Assembly (NCBI RefSeq): GCF_028641065.1
Contig: NC_073395.1
Span: forward strand, 37,014,001 to 37,078,000
Length of the DNA: 64,000 nt
Reading direction: 5' to 3'
Source: Leucoraja erinacea
Taxonomy: Eukaryota
Shown: positions 12,627 to 25,140 of the stretch, piece by piece
Position numbering within the stretch: position 1 is the first letter of the stretch
How the letters are laid out: the number at the start of each line of letters is the position of its first letter
Notes under the pieces: model-generated
What the model saw: the letters and a program-made list of their open reading frames with translations, nothing else
Databases searched by the model: none
Told to the model about the DNA's origin: nothing
Position numbers and translations under genes: made by a program

Positions 12627-13822
12627 GCCGAAAATTAATAAAAGAGCAAAATAAATCAACTTTCCAACCCACCCGCCTATTTGTCTGCACAACAAGAATC
12701 TGGCTAAAGGCTTTCTGAAGAAGGGTCCCATCCCAAAACATCACCGGTCCATTCCCTCCACAGATGCTGCCTGACACAATGAGCTCCTCCTGCCTGTGTT
12801 TTGCTGAGGTATCTCAGGTCTTCTGCACATCACTCCCCCAGTTGCTGCAATGTGACTGGCGGAAGCTGCAGAACTGCAGCAAGGAAACATCAGATGACTT
12901 TGCAGGGCAATCTTGAGCCACTTTGGACTTGGGAGGACCGGTTTTCAACCACATTGAATCACCAGAATGGCAGAGGTCTGGGCAGCCTGATTGAGGGGCA
13001 TTGTCACTGGTGGACTGGTAGTGGACAGATTCTAAATGTTGCCATTGGAAGATATGATAATCAATTCACATTGAGAGCCAGTGGGAATCCCTGGAATGTC
13101 ATGGTAGTGATCTAAATATCCTGTTACAGAATGGACTGCTAGAGTACTGTGGTACCCGCCAAAGTGTTTGATGACTTGAACCCAATGCTATGATGGCAAC
13201 AGGTTGAATGTGCATGCTAGCTCGGTACATAGACACTGGGTGTCTTCTTCTGCCATGGAAGCTGAGATATTGACCATCAGATGCTTTGTGATAGGCAGTA
13301 CATGAGTATTGAAACGGAGCTGGTTTGTTGTTCAGTGATGCTGAAAACGATAGTCTCTGGTCTCTGTGCAAAGTAATAAATGCAGCTTCTTGATTCTTTC
13401 AGACAGTATACCCAAGGCACCAAGAATTTTAATGTGAATGTTCACTAGCCTTTGCATAACAAAATAGCTCGATCTCCAAGGCAAAATGAGTAAAAGAGCA
13501 AAATAAATCAACATTCCAACCCTATTGATCTGAACAACAAAAATCTGGCTAAAGACTCTGTGTGTCTGCAATCAATCTGAAGAAAGAATGAATGAATGAA
13601 TTGAATGAATGAATGAATGCATGATTGAATGAATGAATTAATGAAGAAGAGTCCAATCACAAAACATCACCGGTACATTCCCTCCACAGATGCTGCCTGA
13701 CCCAATGACCTCCTCCTGCCTTGTCTTTTGCTGAGGTCCCTGCGTCCTTGTTCTTTATTTCTCCTGCACAACACTTCCCCAGTTGCTGCAATTTGACTGG
13801 CAGAAGCTGCAGAAATGCAGCT
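12627..13822 (+). repeat. Local diverged direct duplication (about 12627-12880 and 13478-13822)
   Basis: Both copies share AAAAGAGCAAAATAAATCAAC..AATCTGGCTAAAG..CATTCCCTCCACAGATGCTGCCTGAC..GAAGCTGCAGAA. Confidence 0.85.
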
Positions 13823-14269
13823 GTAAGCTAACAATTTCACTGTGACTTGGCGCATGCGGCAATACGGTTTTCATTCATCATTCATCAATTGCACTTGAGT
13901 TTGAGCTGATTGTATCCATGTCTGGTATGTCTGATCTGTCTGCATAGACTGCAACACAAAGCTTTTCACCGTACCTCACTACATGTGATAATAATAAACT
14001 TATACCGAAGTAAAAATCTAAAGCCTTTACCTTCCGCCTGCTATTTTGAAAGTCCTCATCTGATTCCTCTGCAGCAGAGCTCACGTAGATCCTCACTCTC
14101 CAGGGTGAGTACCAAGGCCAATATATCCCCATCCATGTTGATGACACTCATCTCCAATGACTCATGATGAGCAGATTAAGGGTTTAACTTAAGTGACATT
14201 AGCTGAGCTGCTGGCTGTGGCAGTCAGATCCGATGACGGGTTACAGTCATCTTGGCTCCCATGGTGTTC

Positions 14270-14790
14270 ATGTTCATAAGTGATACAAGCAGAATTAGGC
14301 CATTCGGCCCATCAAGTCTCCTCTGCCGTTCAATCATGGCTGATTTATCTTCCCCTCTCAACCCCTTTCTCCTGCCTTCTCCCCATAACTCCTGACACCC
14401 GTACCAATCTGAATCTATCTATCTCTGCCTTAAAAATATACATTGGCTTGGCCTCCACAGCCTTCTATGGCAATGAATGCCACAGATTCACCACCCACTA
14501 ACTAAAATAAATCCTCATAATCGTTTTCCTAAAGGAACGTCCTTTAATTCTGAGGCTATGACGTCTGGTACTAGATTCTCCCACTGGTAGAAAAATCCGC
14601 TCCACATCCACTATGCAGGCTCTTCACTATTTGGTAAATTGCTGTGAGGTCCCCCCTCATCATTCTAATCTCCAGCCCAGTGCTGTCAAAGGCTCATCCT
14701 ATGTTAACCCACACATTTCTGGGATCATTCTCGTAAACCTCCTCTGGACCCTCACCAGTGCCAGCACATCCTTCCTTGAGGCCCAAAGTT
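14270..14790 (-). mobile_element. CR1/HER1 LINE 3' fragment
   Basis: CCACAGATTCACCACCC and CR1 3' UTR on the minus strand. Confidence 0.85.
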
Positions 14791-14939
14791 GCTCACAACA
14801 CTCCAAACCTGTTAATACCTGGCCAGTTGCAGTTTTCAATTCTCTGGCAAAAAAGGCACAATTTTAATCAAGGTCAGATGACAAAGAATAGATGGCAGTG
14901 GGGGTTTCAGGATGCAGTTTGGCAGTGTGCACTGCTCAA

Positions 14940-15548
14940 TAGACAACAGGTGCTGGAGTAGGCCATTCGGCCCTTCGAGCCAGCACCGCCATTCAATGTG
15001 ATCATGGCTGATCATCCCCAATCAGTACCCCATTCCTGCCTTCTTCCCATATCCCCTGACTCTGCTATCTTTAAGAGTCCTATCTAGCTCTCTCTTGAAA
15101 GTATCCAGAGAACCGGCCTGCACCGCCCTCTGAGGCAGATAATTCCACAGACTATCTGTGAGAAAAAGTGTTTCCTCGCCTCCGTTCTAAATGGCTTACC
15201 CCTTATTCTTACACTGTGGCCCCTGGTTCTGGACTCCCCCAACAGCGGGAAATGTTTCCTGCCTCTAGCGTGTCCAAACCCTTAACAATCTTATATGTTT
15301 CAATAAGGTGCCTTCTCATCCTTCTAAACGCCAGAGTATACAAGCCCAGCCACTCCATTCCCTCAGCATATGACAGTACCGCCATTCCAGGAATTAACCT
15401 TGTAAACCTACACTGCACTCCTTCAATAGCAAGAATGTCCTTCCTCAAATTAGGGGACCAAAACTGCACACAATACTCCAGATGTGGGCTCACTAGGGCC
15501 CTGTACAACTGCAGAAGGACCTCTTTGCTCCCATACGCAACTCCTCTT
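14940..15548 (-). mobile_element. CR1/HER1 LINE 3' fragment
   Basis: Minus ORF contains [19 protein letters not shown]. Confidence 0.92.
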
Positions 15549-16699
15549 GTCTCAGGAGCATCCTGCACATATCTCCACCAAGGGCCTTGTACACCAACCT
15601 TATCTGCTGCTTGCTGGTTAATATGGTAGTCATGACAACAGTGTCTTTCCCCATTGAACATCAGCAATAAGGTAATGGTAGCAGGTGCAATGAAGCAAGT
15701 CCGCCTTGAACTTAATGCCAGAGGTTCCCCAGGATTCACCTGAGAATGCCACTCCAGCTGCTCAAGAAGAGATGCTGTCCTTTAGCACCTTCAAATGAAG
15801 CCCAAGTCACTGCCCCTCCTGTAGCAATGCCAGAGTCTCTCTGCAGAGGTACTGCTGCAGATTAGAAAGATGGCTCCTCATCCTTCTCAATCTTAAATAG
15901 AGATGAGTAACTGATCCTGACCTTCTGGGGAAAGCAAATAACCAAAGAGAAGCCTTCAGCACCTCCTTCATCATGGAACACCCAGGGTCATTCCCAGCTT
16001 GCACTGATCAATTCTTAGTGAAACACGGACTTTTATAGTTGCTGTGTCTGTTCTTCTAATTCACTTATACAGGTTTGCTTCACCCCAGCACATTTCATAC
16101 TTTATCACTCACACTAAAGTGACTTCCCACTAAGTTACAACCATAGAATCACACAGCATGGAAATAGACCCCTGAGCCGACTGAGTTCACACCGACCATC
16201 ATTCGCCCATTTACACCAATGTTACACCAACACATTTCATTCTCACTTTCCCATCAGCTTCTCCCACCCACAATTCTACCACTCACCACACAATAGGAGC
16301 AATTCACAAGAGGTCATGTTTGAATCAGGGTCTCAAGCACTGTGAGGCTGCAGTTCAACTAGCTGCACCACCCTGCCACTTTGCCTTACTCTATTCAGGT
16401 CAAAAATTAATGTAATATTAAGTAAGTATCAATTAAATACGACATTGCCACAAAAGGAAAATGGAACTGGATCAAAAAAAAGACTAACGGCTGCGTTGCA
16501 GAGCAAAACTAGGTGAACAAAAGTCTTGGGAATTTATGGTGAGGATTTAAATTACATTAACATTTTATTTCTCTGAGCAGTTATTAAAGACTACAAATGA
16601 TTGCTTTAGCTTTTTTGAATTGTCCTTAATTTTACTTCAAAATAATTGTCTGTGAGAGGCTGAAGTGATATTAGGTCTCAAAGATAGTTGAAAGACTAA

Positions 16700-17034
16700 T
16701 GGGCCTGTCCCACTTACGCGATTTTTTCGGTGACTTGCCGGCACCCGTCATAGTCGCAGCAGGTCGTTGAAAATTTTCAAGATGTTGAAAATCCAGCGGT
16801 GACCAGAACAAGGTACGACTCTTTGGGTGACTACTCATGACCATACAGGCTTCATGTCGCCATGGTGTCGCCTGTATGGTCGTGAGTAGTCTCCTCAGTT
16901 GCCCAAAGAGTCATAGCGCCTTTCTGGTCCCAGCTGAATTTTCAACGTTGAATATTTTCGGCGACCTGCAATGACCTATGGCGGGTGCCGGTGCCGGCAG
17001 TCGCCAAAAAAGTCTTGTGAGTGGGACATGCCCA
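16700..17034. mobile_element. PIF/Harbinger-type MITE
   Basis: TAA|TGGGCCTGTCCCACTTAC...GTGAGTGGGACATGCCCA|TAA with a perfect TAA TSD and long imperfect inverted arms. Confidence 0.9.
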
Positions 17035-17731
17035 TAAGATACTGATGATGAGACAGCGAAGGGTGAAAATATATCATCAGACAAAACTCCTGAATGTTTT
17101 ACTATTGGTCGCATTAAAAAATCTGCGACAGGACAGCTCACAAAATTGTGACTGACTTATGATGGAAGTGTTTCCCCAGCCAGTTGGATTTTTACCTTTA
17201 ACACGATCAGCATTACAGCTGAATAAGTGCATACAATTCCTTTGTCTTTCTTCAGTTGTGGATAAAAGCATTCGGGCTCTGGATTCATTAATGCATTGAC
17301 ACTCAAGTCAATTTAGTGAGGTTACTGCAAATAAAATAAATCTGGTGTTGCAGATGATCTCATGACCTTGCTCTGATAGTTTCAGACCTAAGGGTAATAC
17401 TAATTACTGTACCATCAAGAAACGTGTATCCTTGTTCATAAATTGGGAGAGCAATTTTCTGGAGGATGGAGATTTTGCTTTTTCAGTGAATGAATTTTAA
17501 GATATTTGTTGGAAAGAATAGTAAATTAATATCATTTTTGTTCATTTATGGGATTTTAGAGTTGCTGGCAAGGACAATATTTACTGTCCATTACTAATCG
17601 TCCTTGAGAAGGTTGTGGTAATCCTCTTAGAACCACTGTTTAACAGCGGTTTTTCTGCTGAAAGTTTTCCTCTGGTGCTGTAAAGGAGTTCCAGGATTTT
17701 GATCCAACAGTATATTTTCACATTAGGATGA

Positions 17732-18040
17732 TTTAGTTTAGTTTAGTTTTGAGATGCAGCATGGAAACAGGCCCTTCAACCCATCGTGTCTGCACGGACC
17801 AGCGATTCCCGCACATTAACACTTTCCTGCACGCACTAGGGACAAATTTATGGTTACATCAAGTCAATTAACCAACAAATCTATATGTCTTTGGAGTGTA
17901 GGAGGAAACCGTCGATCTGGTAGAAAACCCATGCCATGATGGGGAGAACGTACAAACTCCACACAGACAGCACCCTTAGTCAGGATTGAACCCAGGTCTC
18001 CGACGTTGTGAGGCAGTGGCTCTACCGCTACGCCACCATG
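17732..18040 (-). mobile_element. HE1-family SINE
   Basis: (TTTAG)n tail, HE1 core and tRNA head. Confidence 0.9.
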
Positions 18041-18045
18041 TCGTA

Positions 18046-18250
18046 ACACAGCGGGACAGGCAGCATTTCTGGAGAGAAAGAATGGGTGATGTTTTAGCTT
18101 CTTCAGGCTTCTTTAGGGTCTGAAGAAAGGTCTCGATCTGAAACGTTGCCCATTCCTTCTCTCCAAAGATGATGCCTGTCCCGCTGAGTAACTCCAGCAT
18201 TTTGTGTCCATCTTCGGTGTAAACCAGCATCTGCAGTTCATTCCTACCCA
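18046..18250. mobile_element. Inverted pair of Penelope pLTR fragments
   Basis: GCGGGACAGGCAGCATTTCTGGAGAGA.. is inverted relative to ..TCTCTCCAAAGATGATGCCTGTCCCGC. Contains CTGAAGA..GAAAC. Confidence 0.75.
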
Positions 18251-19217
18251 AGTTGCAATTGGAATTGAACAGAACAATAAAGTACAGGAACAGGCTATTC
18301 AGCACACAATGTCTGTGCTTATATGATGCCAAGTTATGATACCCCCCCCACCCCTCCCACCCTGTACATATCCATGTGCCTATCCAAAAGTCTCTTAAAC
18401 ACCACCATTTTATTTGATTTCACCGCCATCATTAAGCCATATAAGTTTGGGCTGTTGATGGCCAATTATACATAACCATATCTCCACTTCTCACTTTATG
18501 ATGGATGGCAGGCCATTAATTAAGCAGATGACAATAGCTGGGCCGAAGATACTTGAGGAACACATACATTCCTGGAGCCGGGATGATTAATCTCTGATGA
18601 TCACAATCATCTTCTTTTGTGTGAGTTTCATCTCTAATCATTGAATTGTTTTCCCCTTTATCCATTGACATCAGTTGTTACATGTGGCTTGTGGTCAAAG
18701 GCAGTCCCTCTCACCTTAGCCCTCAAGAGCCCAAGAACCAACAACTTAATCATGGTGATGAAGGCAGATTCAATGGTGGGGTTTAAATGAAGGGAGACCT
18801 TTTTGAAACATGTAACATCAGATGCGTGTGTGACAAGGCAGATGTTGGAATGTTATACCAGTGAGAGAGACTCGAATGAGAAGGCATGTTAGAATATAAG
18901 TGGCAAGTCATTTAAAACTGAGGAGCAATGGGAATCTTACCATGAAGAGTGGCAAAGCCTGGAATTGTCTACCCAAAAAAGCTTGGAGGCCAGAACACTG
19001 GAAGCAATAATATTTTTGAAAGATCACAGAATTGAAGTGCATGTGGAACTGGCATAGAGTGGAGCTGAGATCAGTATCAGAGCAGCCATGATCATACAAA
19101 ATGTCAGGTCAGGCTTGAAGGGTCAAACGGCCTACTCCTGGTCCAATCTGCTTGACATGTCCTTCTGAGATTCAATTATGTCATCCATAATTGGATCTGT
19201 GAGTTGATTCACTAATA

Positions 19218-19780
19218 TAGAAACATAGAAAAATAGGTGCAGGAGTAGGCCATTAGGCTCTTTGAGTCAGCACCACCATTTAATATGATCATGGCTGATC
19301 ATCTAAAATCAATACCCCGTTCCTGGTTTTTCCCCATATCCCTAAATTGCTCTTGAAAACATCCAGTGAATTGGCCTCCACTGCCTTCTGTAGAGAGAAT
19401 TCCACAGATTCACAACTCTCTGGGTGAAGACGTTTTTCCTCATCTCAGTCCTAAAAGGCCTACTACTTATTATTCAACTGTGATCCCTGGTTCTGGACTC
19501 CCCCAACATCAGGAATTTTTTTCCTAAATCTAGCCTGTCCTAAATTCCAGTGAGTCATATGTCAGTCACACCATTCTGGAAATTAACCTGGTGAACCTAC
19601 GCTGCACTCCCTCAATAGCAATAATGTCCTTTCTCAAATTCGGAGACCAAAATTGCACACAATACCCCAGGTGCGGTCTCACCAGGGCCCTATACAACTG
19701 CAGTAGGACCTATTTGCTCCTAAACTCAAATCCTCTCGCAATGAAGGCCAACATGCCATTAGCTTTCTTCACTGCCTTTA
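19218..19780 (-). mobile_element. CR1/HER1 LINE 3' fragment
   Basis: (CATAGAAA) tail and GACCAAAATTGCACACAATA (YCVQFW on the reverse strand). Confidence 0.9.
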
Positions 19781-20079
19781 CAAAATTAATAGAATGCAGG
19801 TTTCAATTTTAACAAACCTGCCTGAGTAAAGTAAGAGATGTTTGGGTCTAATTCAGTTTCATACCATTTAAAATCAATTCCACATACAACTGGGCAATTG
19901 GGAAAACAAATGGTTGTCCCCCATTTCAGTCAGTTAAAAGCAGGCATTTTTGGCTTGTTTTATGAGCCAACTTGAAAATCGTTCAGCCATCCTTTGGTAT
20001 AACCTCAGTACAATGAGGCCAATTGTTTGGAGAAAGATAAGTTATGCCCAAATATCTCTGAAACATGCCCCAAACATAA

Positions 20080-20520
20080 ATGTAGATGGGTTGATGAGTG
20101 CGTTTGCTGACAAAACCAAAATTTGGGGAGATGCCAACATTTAGGAATGCTATCAGCAGGATATGGATCAGCTGCAGAAATGGGCGGAGAAATGACAGAT
20201 GGAGTTTAACCCGAACAAGTGTGAGGTGTTACACTTTGGGAGGCTAAACGTAAGGAGAGAGTATACAGTTAATAGCAAGACCCTTAACAGCATTGATGTA
20301 CAGAGGGATCATGGAGTCCAAGTTCATAGCTCACTAAAGATGGCAGGACAAATAGATAGGGTTATGATACGGTATGCGTGCCTTCATTGCCAGTGCCATT
20401 GAATTATAAGAGTCAGGTAGTCATGATGAACCTCTATATGACTTTGGTTAGGTCGCATTTGGAGTATTGCATGCAGTCTGGTTGCCCCATTATAGGAAAG
20501 AGGGTACAGAGGAGACTGCA
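20080..20520 (+). mobile_element. CR1 LINE RT fragment
   Basis: FADKTKI, MEFNPNKCEVLHFG and LVRSHLEYC. Confidence 0.9.
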
Positions 20521-21021
20521 GAACCGTGTGGCCCTTCATGAAGAAGAACACAGATCGGCACTCCGATCCATGAGTTAAACACCAGGAAATTATTATTTTT
20601 AAGCCAGAAGGCACAGGAAACGTCTCCCCATAGAACTATCACAGTCACCTGCTTAACCTCATGCCCCATGCTGCCAATTTACAGGCATCTGACAATGTCT
20701 GAATCAACTTTAAAACTAATAATGTAGATATTAAGTCATCTGTTCCATAACCAGTTTACTCTCTGTCTTAATGGATCAATTATTTTACAGACAATGATTT
20801 TTCGTTTTTCACTCAGTCTCCCAGGAAAGAAATGTGGGTAGAAATGTTTCCTTAATTGAGAGCAGTAAATAATACAATGGTACAACAGTCCTCCACTTCC
20901 AAACTTGACACAGCCGCAGCCATTTTGTTTGTTTAGCATCAATGACCTGTGTAAAATTCATACTACTGGGAATTTTAAATTGTTTACACAAATAGAATTG
21001 CTTGGGATATATCTGATAGTT

Positions 21022-22168
21022 ATAGAAACATAGAAACATAGAACATTGGTGCAGGAGGAGGCCATTCAGCCCTTCGAGCCAGCTTCCGCCATTCATTGTG
21101 ATCATGGCTGCTCGTCCTCTATCAATAACCCGTGCCTGCCTTCTCCCCATATCCCTGGCCTCCGATAGCCCCTAGAGCTCTATCTAACTCTCTCTTAAAT
21201 CCATCCAGTGACTTGGCCTCCACTGCCCTCTGTGGCAGGGAATTACATAAATTCACAACTCTCTGGGTGAAAACATTTTTTTTCTCACTTCAGTCTTAAA
21301 TGACCTCCCCTTTATTCTAAGACTGCAGCCCCTGGTTCTGGACTCGCCCAACATCGGGAACATTTTTCCTGCATCTAGCTTGTCCAGTCCTTTTATAATT
21401 TTATGTGTTTCTATAAGATATCCCCTCATCCTTCTAAACTCCAGTGAATACAAGCCTAATCTTTTCAATCTTTCCTCATGTGACAGTCCCGCCATCCCAG
21501 AGATCAATCTCGTGAACCTACGCTGCACTGCCTCAATCACAAGGATGTCCTTCCTCAAATTAGGAGACCAAAACTGGACACAATACTCCAGATGTGGTCT
21601 CACCAGAGCCCTATACAACTGCAGAAGAACCTCTTTAATCCTATACTGAAATCCTCTTGTTATGAAGGCCAACATTCCATTAGCTTTCTTCACTGCCTGC
21701 TGTACCTGTAAGCCAACTTTCAGTGACCGATGTACAAGGATGCTCAGGTCTCGCTGAACCTCCCCCTTACCTAACCTAACCCCATTGAGATAATAATCTG
21801 CCCCCTTGTTTTTGATGCCAAAGTGGATAACCTCACATTTATCTATATTATACTGCATCTGCCACGCATCTGCCCACTCACTCGACCTGTCCAAGTCACC
21901 CTGCAACCTCCTAACATTCACACTGCCGCCCAGCTTTGTGTCATCTGCAAACTTGCTAGTGTTGCTCCTAATTCCCTCTTCCAAATCATTAATATATATG
22001 GAAAACATTTGTGGTCCCAACACCGAGCCTTGCAGCACTCCACTCGCTACTGCCTGCCATTTTGAAAAGGACCCGCTCACTCCTACTCCTTGCTTCCGGT
22101 CTGCCAACCAATTTTCTATCCATGTCAACACCCTACCCCCAATATCATGTGCTCTAATTTTAGTCACC
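21022..22168 (-). mobile_element. CR1/HER1 LINE, 5'-truncated, 304-aa RT C-terminal ORF
   Basis: [32 protein letters not shown] and ESRTRG. (CATAGAAA)n tail. Confidence 0.95.
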
Positions 22169-22359
22169 AGATTTCTAAATGTGCCATTTCACTGATGCTT
22201 GTTCCATAATGGAGCAAAAATATCAGAGATGGGCTTTCACTCTGTGCTTGTTTACGGATAATTTATTAGTACTCCTTGTAAGTTGATAAATTGTACATTC
22301 ATCTTTATCTGTATTCCTCCAACGTCCTGCTATGCCGCGTGCAATGCTGAGAGCCTCTA

Positions 22360-23188
22360 TAGACTATATCACTCGAGTACATATTTCCTTTGTACTTTGT
22401 AAGTGTACTTGGCAGTATCACCTTCCAGCATGATTTTATCTTTGTTTTCCTTATTTTGTTCTCCACTGGAATGTTTCCTGTGCTCTCTGAGTATCATATT
22501 ATTTTCTAGTTGATTTGCAGGATTCATGAAGAGGGTGTCATCTTTTAATGTGACAATGAGCGCCTTTTTATGTGCAGTCATTACTATTTTCTGGATATGC
22601 ACCAACCCCCTGTGGACTAAACTCCACCTCACTGGTAAAATCCTCTCACTCCGTGCCTTTATTCTGTGCCTAATTGTGCCTCGCTACTTGTTGTTTCTCC
22701 TTGTTTTCTCATCAGTATCTTGATTTGTTTTCTCTTGGGAGGGATTCTGGTAACCTGCCTTACAAGATATGCACTCGGTGCTTCCAACTCAATAAAAAGC
22801 CAAGTTACATATCAGGATGCCCTTGAGGTCCCACAGTCAATATCATCCCTGCAAAACCCATGAAAGGATGAACATTTGTCAGAGGAATTGCTACAAAGTC
22901 AAGTCAATATTATTACAACTCTCATTATATTTTTTTAAATAATACCTTGGGCTAAACTGGATGGCATCCGAAAACTGTTAGTAACTACACAATACACAGT
23001 TAGCCTCTTCCCATTTGACTTGTTACATGAAAATAGAGATGCCCGCTCATTATAATATTGTTGAATCTGCCAGCATTGTTGGCCTTGCAGCAACGCCAGG
23101 GGTCCCAATATCCTGACCAAATGGCACCACAAATTCCTTGTGAGGCCCCTTGCATGCCCTACATGAACCCTTGCAATGACATCCCAAT
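22360..23188 (-). mobile_element. Highly decayed Gypsy-like integrase relic
   Basis: Frameshifted echoes of IH.GH (ARVHVGH), ..QDI..CC, DLF..NGK (SLFSCNKSNGK) and LRRNRRHL (LREHRKH) in the expected order. Confidence 0.4.
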
Positions 23189-24290
23189 TCAGATTCAGAT
23201 TCAATTTTAATTGTCATTGTCAGTGTACAGTACAGAGACAATGAAATGCATTTAGCATCTCCCTTGAAGAGCGACATAGCAAACGATTTGAATTTAAAAA
23301 AAAAAAATAAGTGTCCGGGGAGGGGGGGGGGAGGGGGTGGTGATTGGCAGTCACCGAGGTACGTTGTTGAGTAGAGTGACAGCCGCCAGAAAGAAGCTGT
23401 TCCTCGACCTGCTGGTTCGGCAACGGAGAGACCTGTAGCGCCTCCCGGATGGTAGGAGGGTAAACAGTCCATGGTTGGGGTGAGAGCAGTCCTTGGTGAT
23501 GCTGAGCGCCCTCCGCAGACAGCGCTTGCTTTGGACAGACTCAATGGAGGGGAGCGTGGAACCGGTGATGCGTTGGGCAATTTTCACCACCCTCTGCAAT
23601 GCCTTCCGGTCGGAGACAGAGCAGTTGCCATACCATACTGTGATGCAGTTGGTAAGGATGCTCTCGATGGTGCAGCGGTAGAAGTTCATCAGGATCTGAG
23701 GAGACAGATGGACCTTCTTCAGTCTCCTCAGGAAGAAGAGACGCTGATGAGCCTTCTTGATCAGAGTAGAGGTATTGTGGGTCCAAGAGAGGTCATCGGA
23801 GATGTTGACTGCCAGGAACCTGAAGCTAGAAACACGTTCCACCTCCGTACCGCTAATGTGGATGGGGGTGTGCGTGCCGCCTCTGGACTTCCTGAAGTCT
23901 ACAATGAGCTCCTTGGTCTTCTTGGAGTTAAGGGCCAGGTTGTTGTCAGCGCACCATGCTGCTAAGTGCTGGACCTCCTCCCTGTAGGCCAGCTCATCGT
24001 TGTTGCTGATGAGGCCAATCACCGTTGTATCATCTGCATACTTGATGATGGTGTTAGTACCATGTACAGGTGTGCAGTCATAGGTGAAGAGGGAGTAGAG
24101 GAGGGGGCTCAGCACACAGCCCTGAGGAACGCCGGTGTTCAGGGTGAGGGTTGAAGAGGTGTGCTTGTCTAACCTCACAGACTGGGGTCTGTTGGTTAGA
24201 AAGTCCAGTATCCAGTTGCAAAGGGAGGGGTCGATGCCCAGGTTACCGAGTTTGGTGATCAGTTTTGATGGAATAATGGTGTTGAATGCT
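23189..24290 (-). mobile_element. Rex1/Babar LINE, 5'-truncated, uninterrupted RT C-terminal frame
   Basis: ORF 23351-24322 has [22 protein letters not shown] and QRLFFLRRL. (TGAATC)n tail. Confidence 0.95.
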
Positions 24291-24849
24291 GACCATTCAA
24301 CACCATGACAGCATGGTGACATGACAGCACCAAGGAGCTGAGTGGTCTACTCCTGCTCCTATTTTCTTATCGTCTTGCATGGGAAGTACACTGCATGCTC
24401 CAAAGGGTGGAAACCGCCGTGGAGATTGTAATCCCTAAAGTCAGTCGTGTGAGGTCTGCAACTTCACCCAGGGTCTTGGTGAAGAACTGGCGAAGATGAA
24501 TAATGTTAACCGTTCCTCTATTCAGGTGCTCCGCAGGCTGCAGGGGCTGGCAATGTTGGTGTGAGTTGTCAAGCCTCTTCGCACATGAAAGAGAGGGTCT
24601 CAACTGAGTTAAATGACCTCACAGAGTCCAGGTCTAAAAGGCATGCTCAAATGTCACGATCAACGAAATGCATCAATGACCTGAGCTACTGTTCAGTGAA
24701 TCACCATATTTTATTTTTCAAAACTGTAACCATGTATTAATTGGACCTTACATCATTCATACACTTCACCCACAACCTTGATGCTTTGCAGGTTTCATAC
24801 CCACATTTGTTTGTATATACCAACATGATCTCTTGGTTGCTAAACACTT

Positions 24850-25140
24850 TAACTCCTCTTCCCATTCCCAATCTGACCTTTGTCTGGGGCCCCCTCCACT
24901 GTCAGAATGAGGCCCAACGCAAGTTGCAGCAACAGCACCTCATACTTTGCTTGGGCAGCTTACACCCCAATATTCACTTCTCTAATATTAACTTCACTAA
25001 CCAAGTAACCCTTGCTTTCCCTCTCTCTCCATCCCTCCCCATACTAGTTCTCCGACCAGTCTGACTGTCCTGATTAAATGTTATCTCTGTACGCTTTGTT
25101 GCCAACTTCCCCGAGCAATGATCTACATTTTCTTTGACCT
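24850..25140 (+). mobile_element. Penelope-like element 3' fragment
   Basis: HCQNEAQRKLQQQHLILCLGSLHP resembles the GIY-YIG C-terminus R.LEEQHLIF.LG.L.P. Confidence 0.75.
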
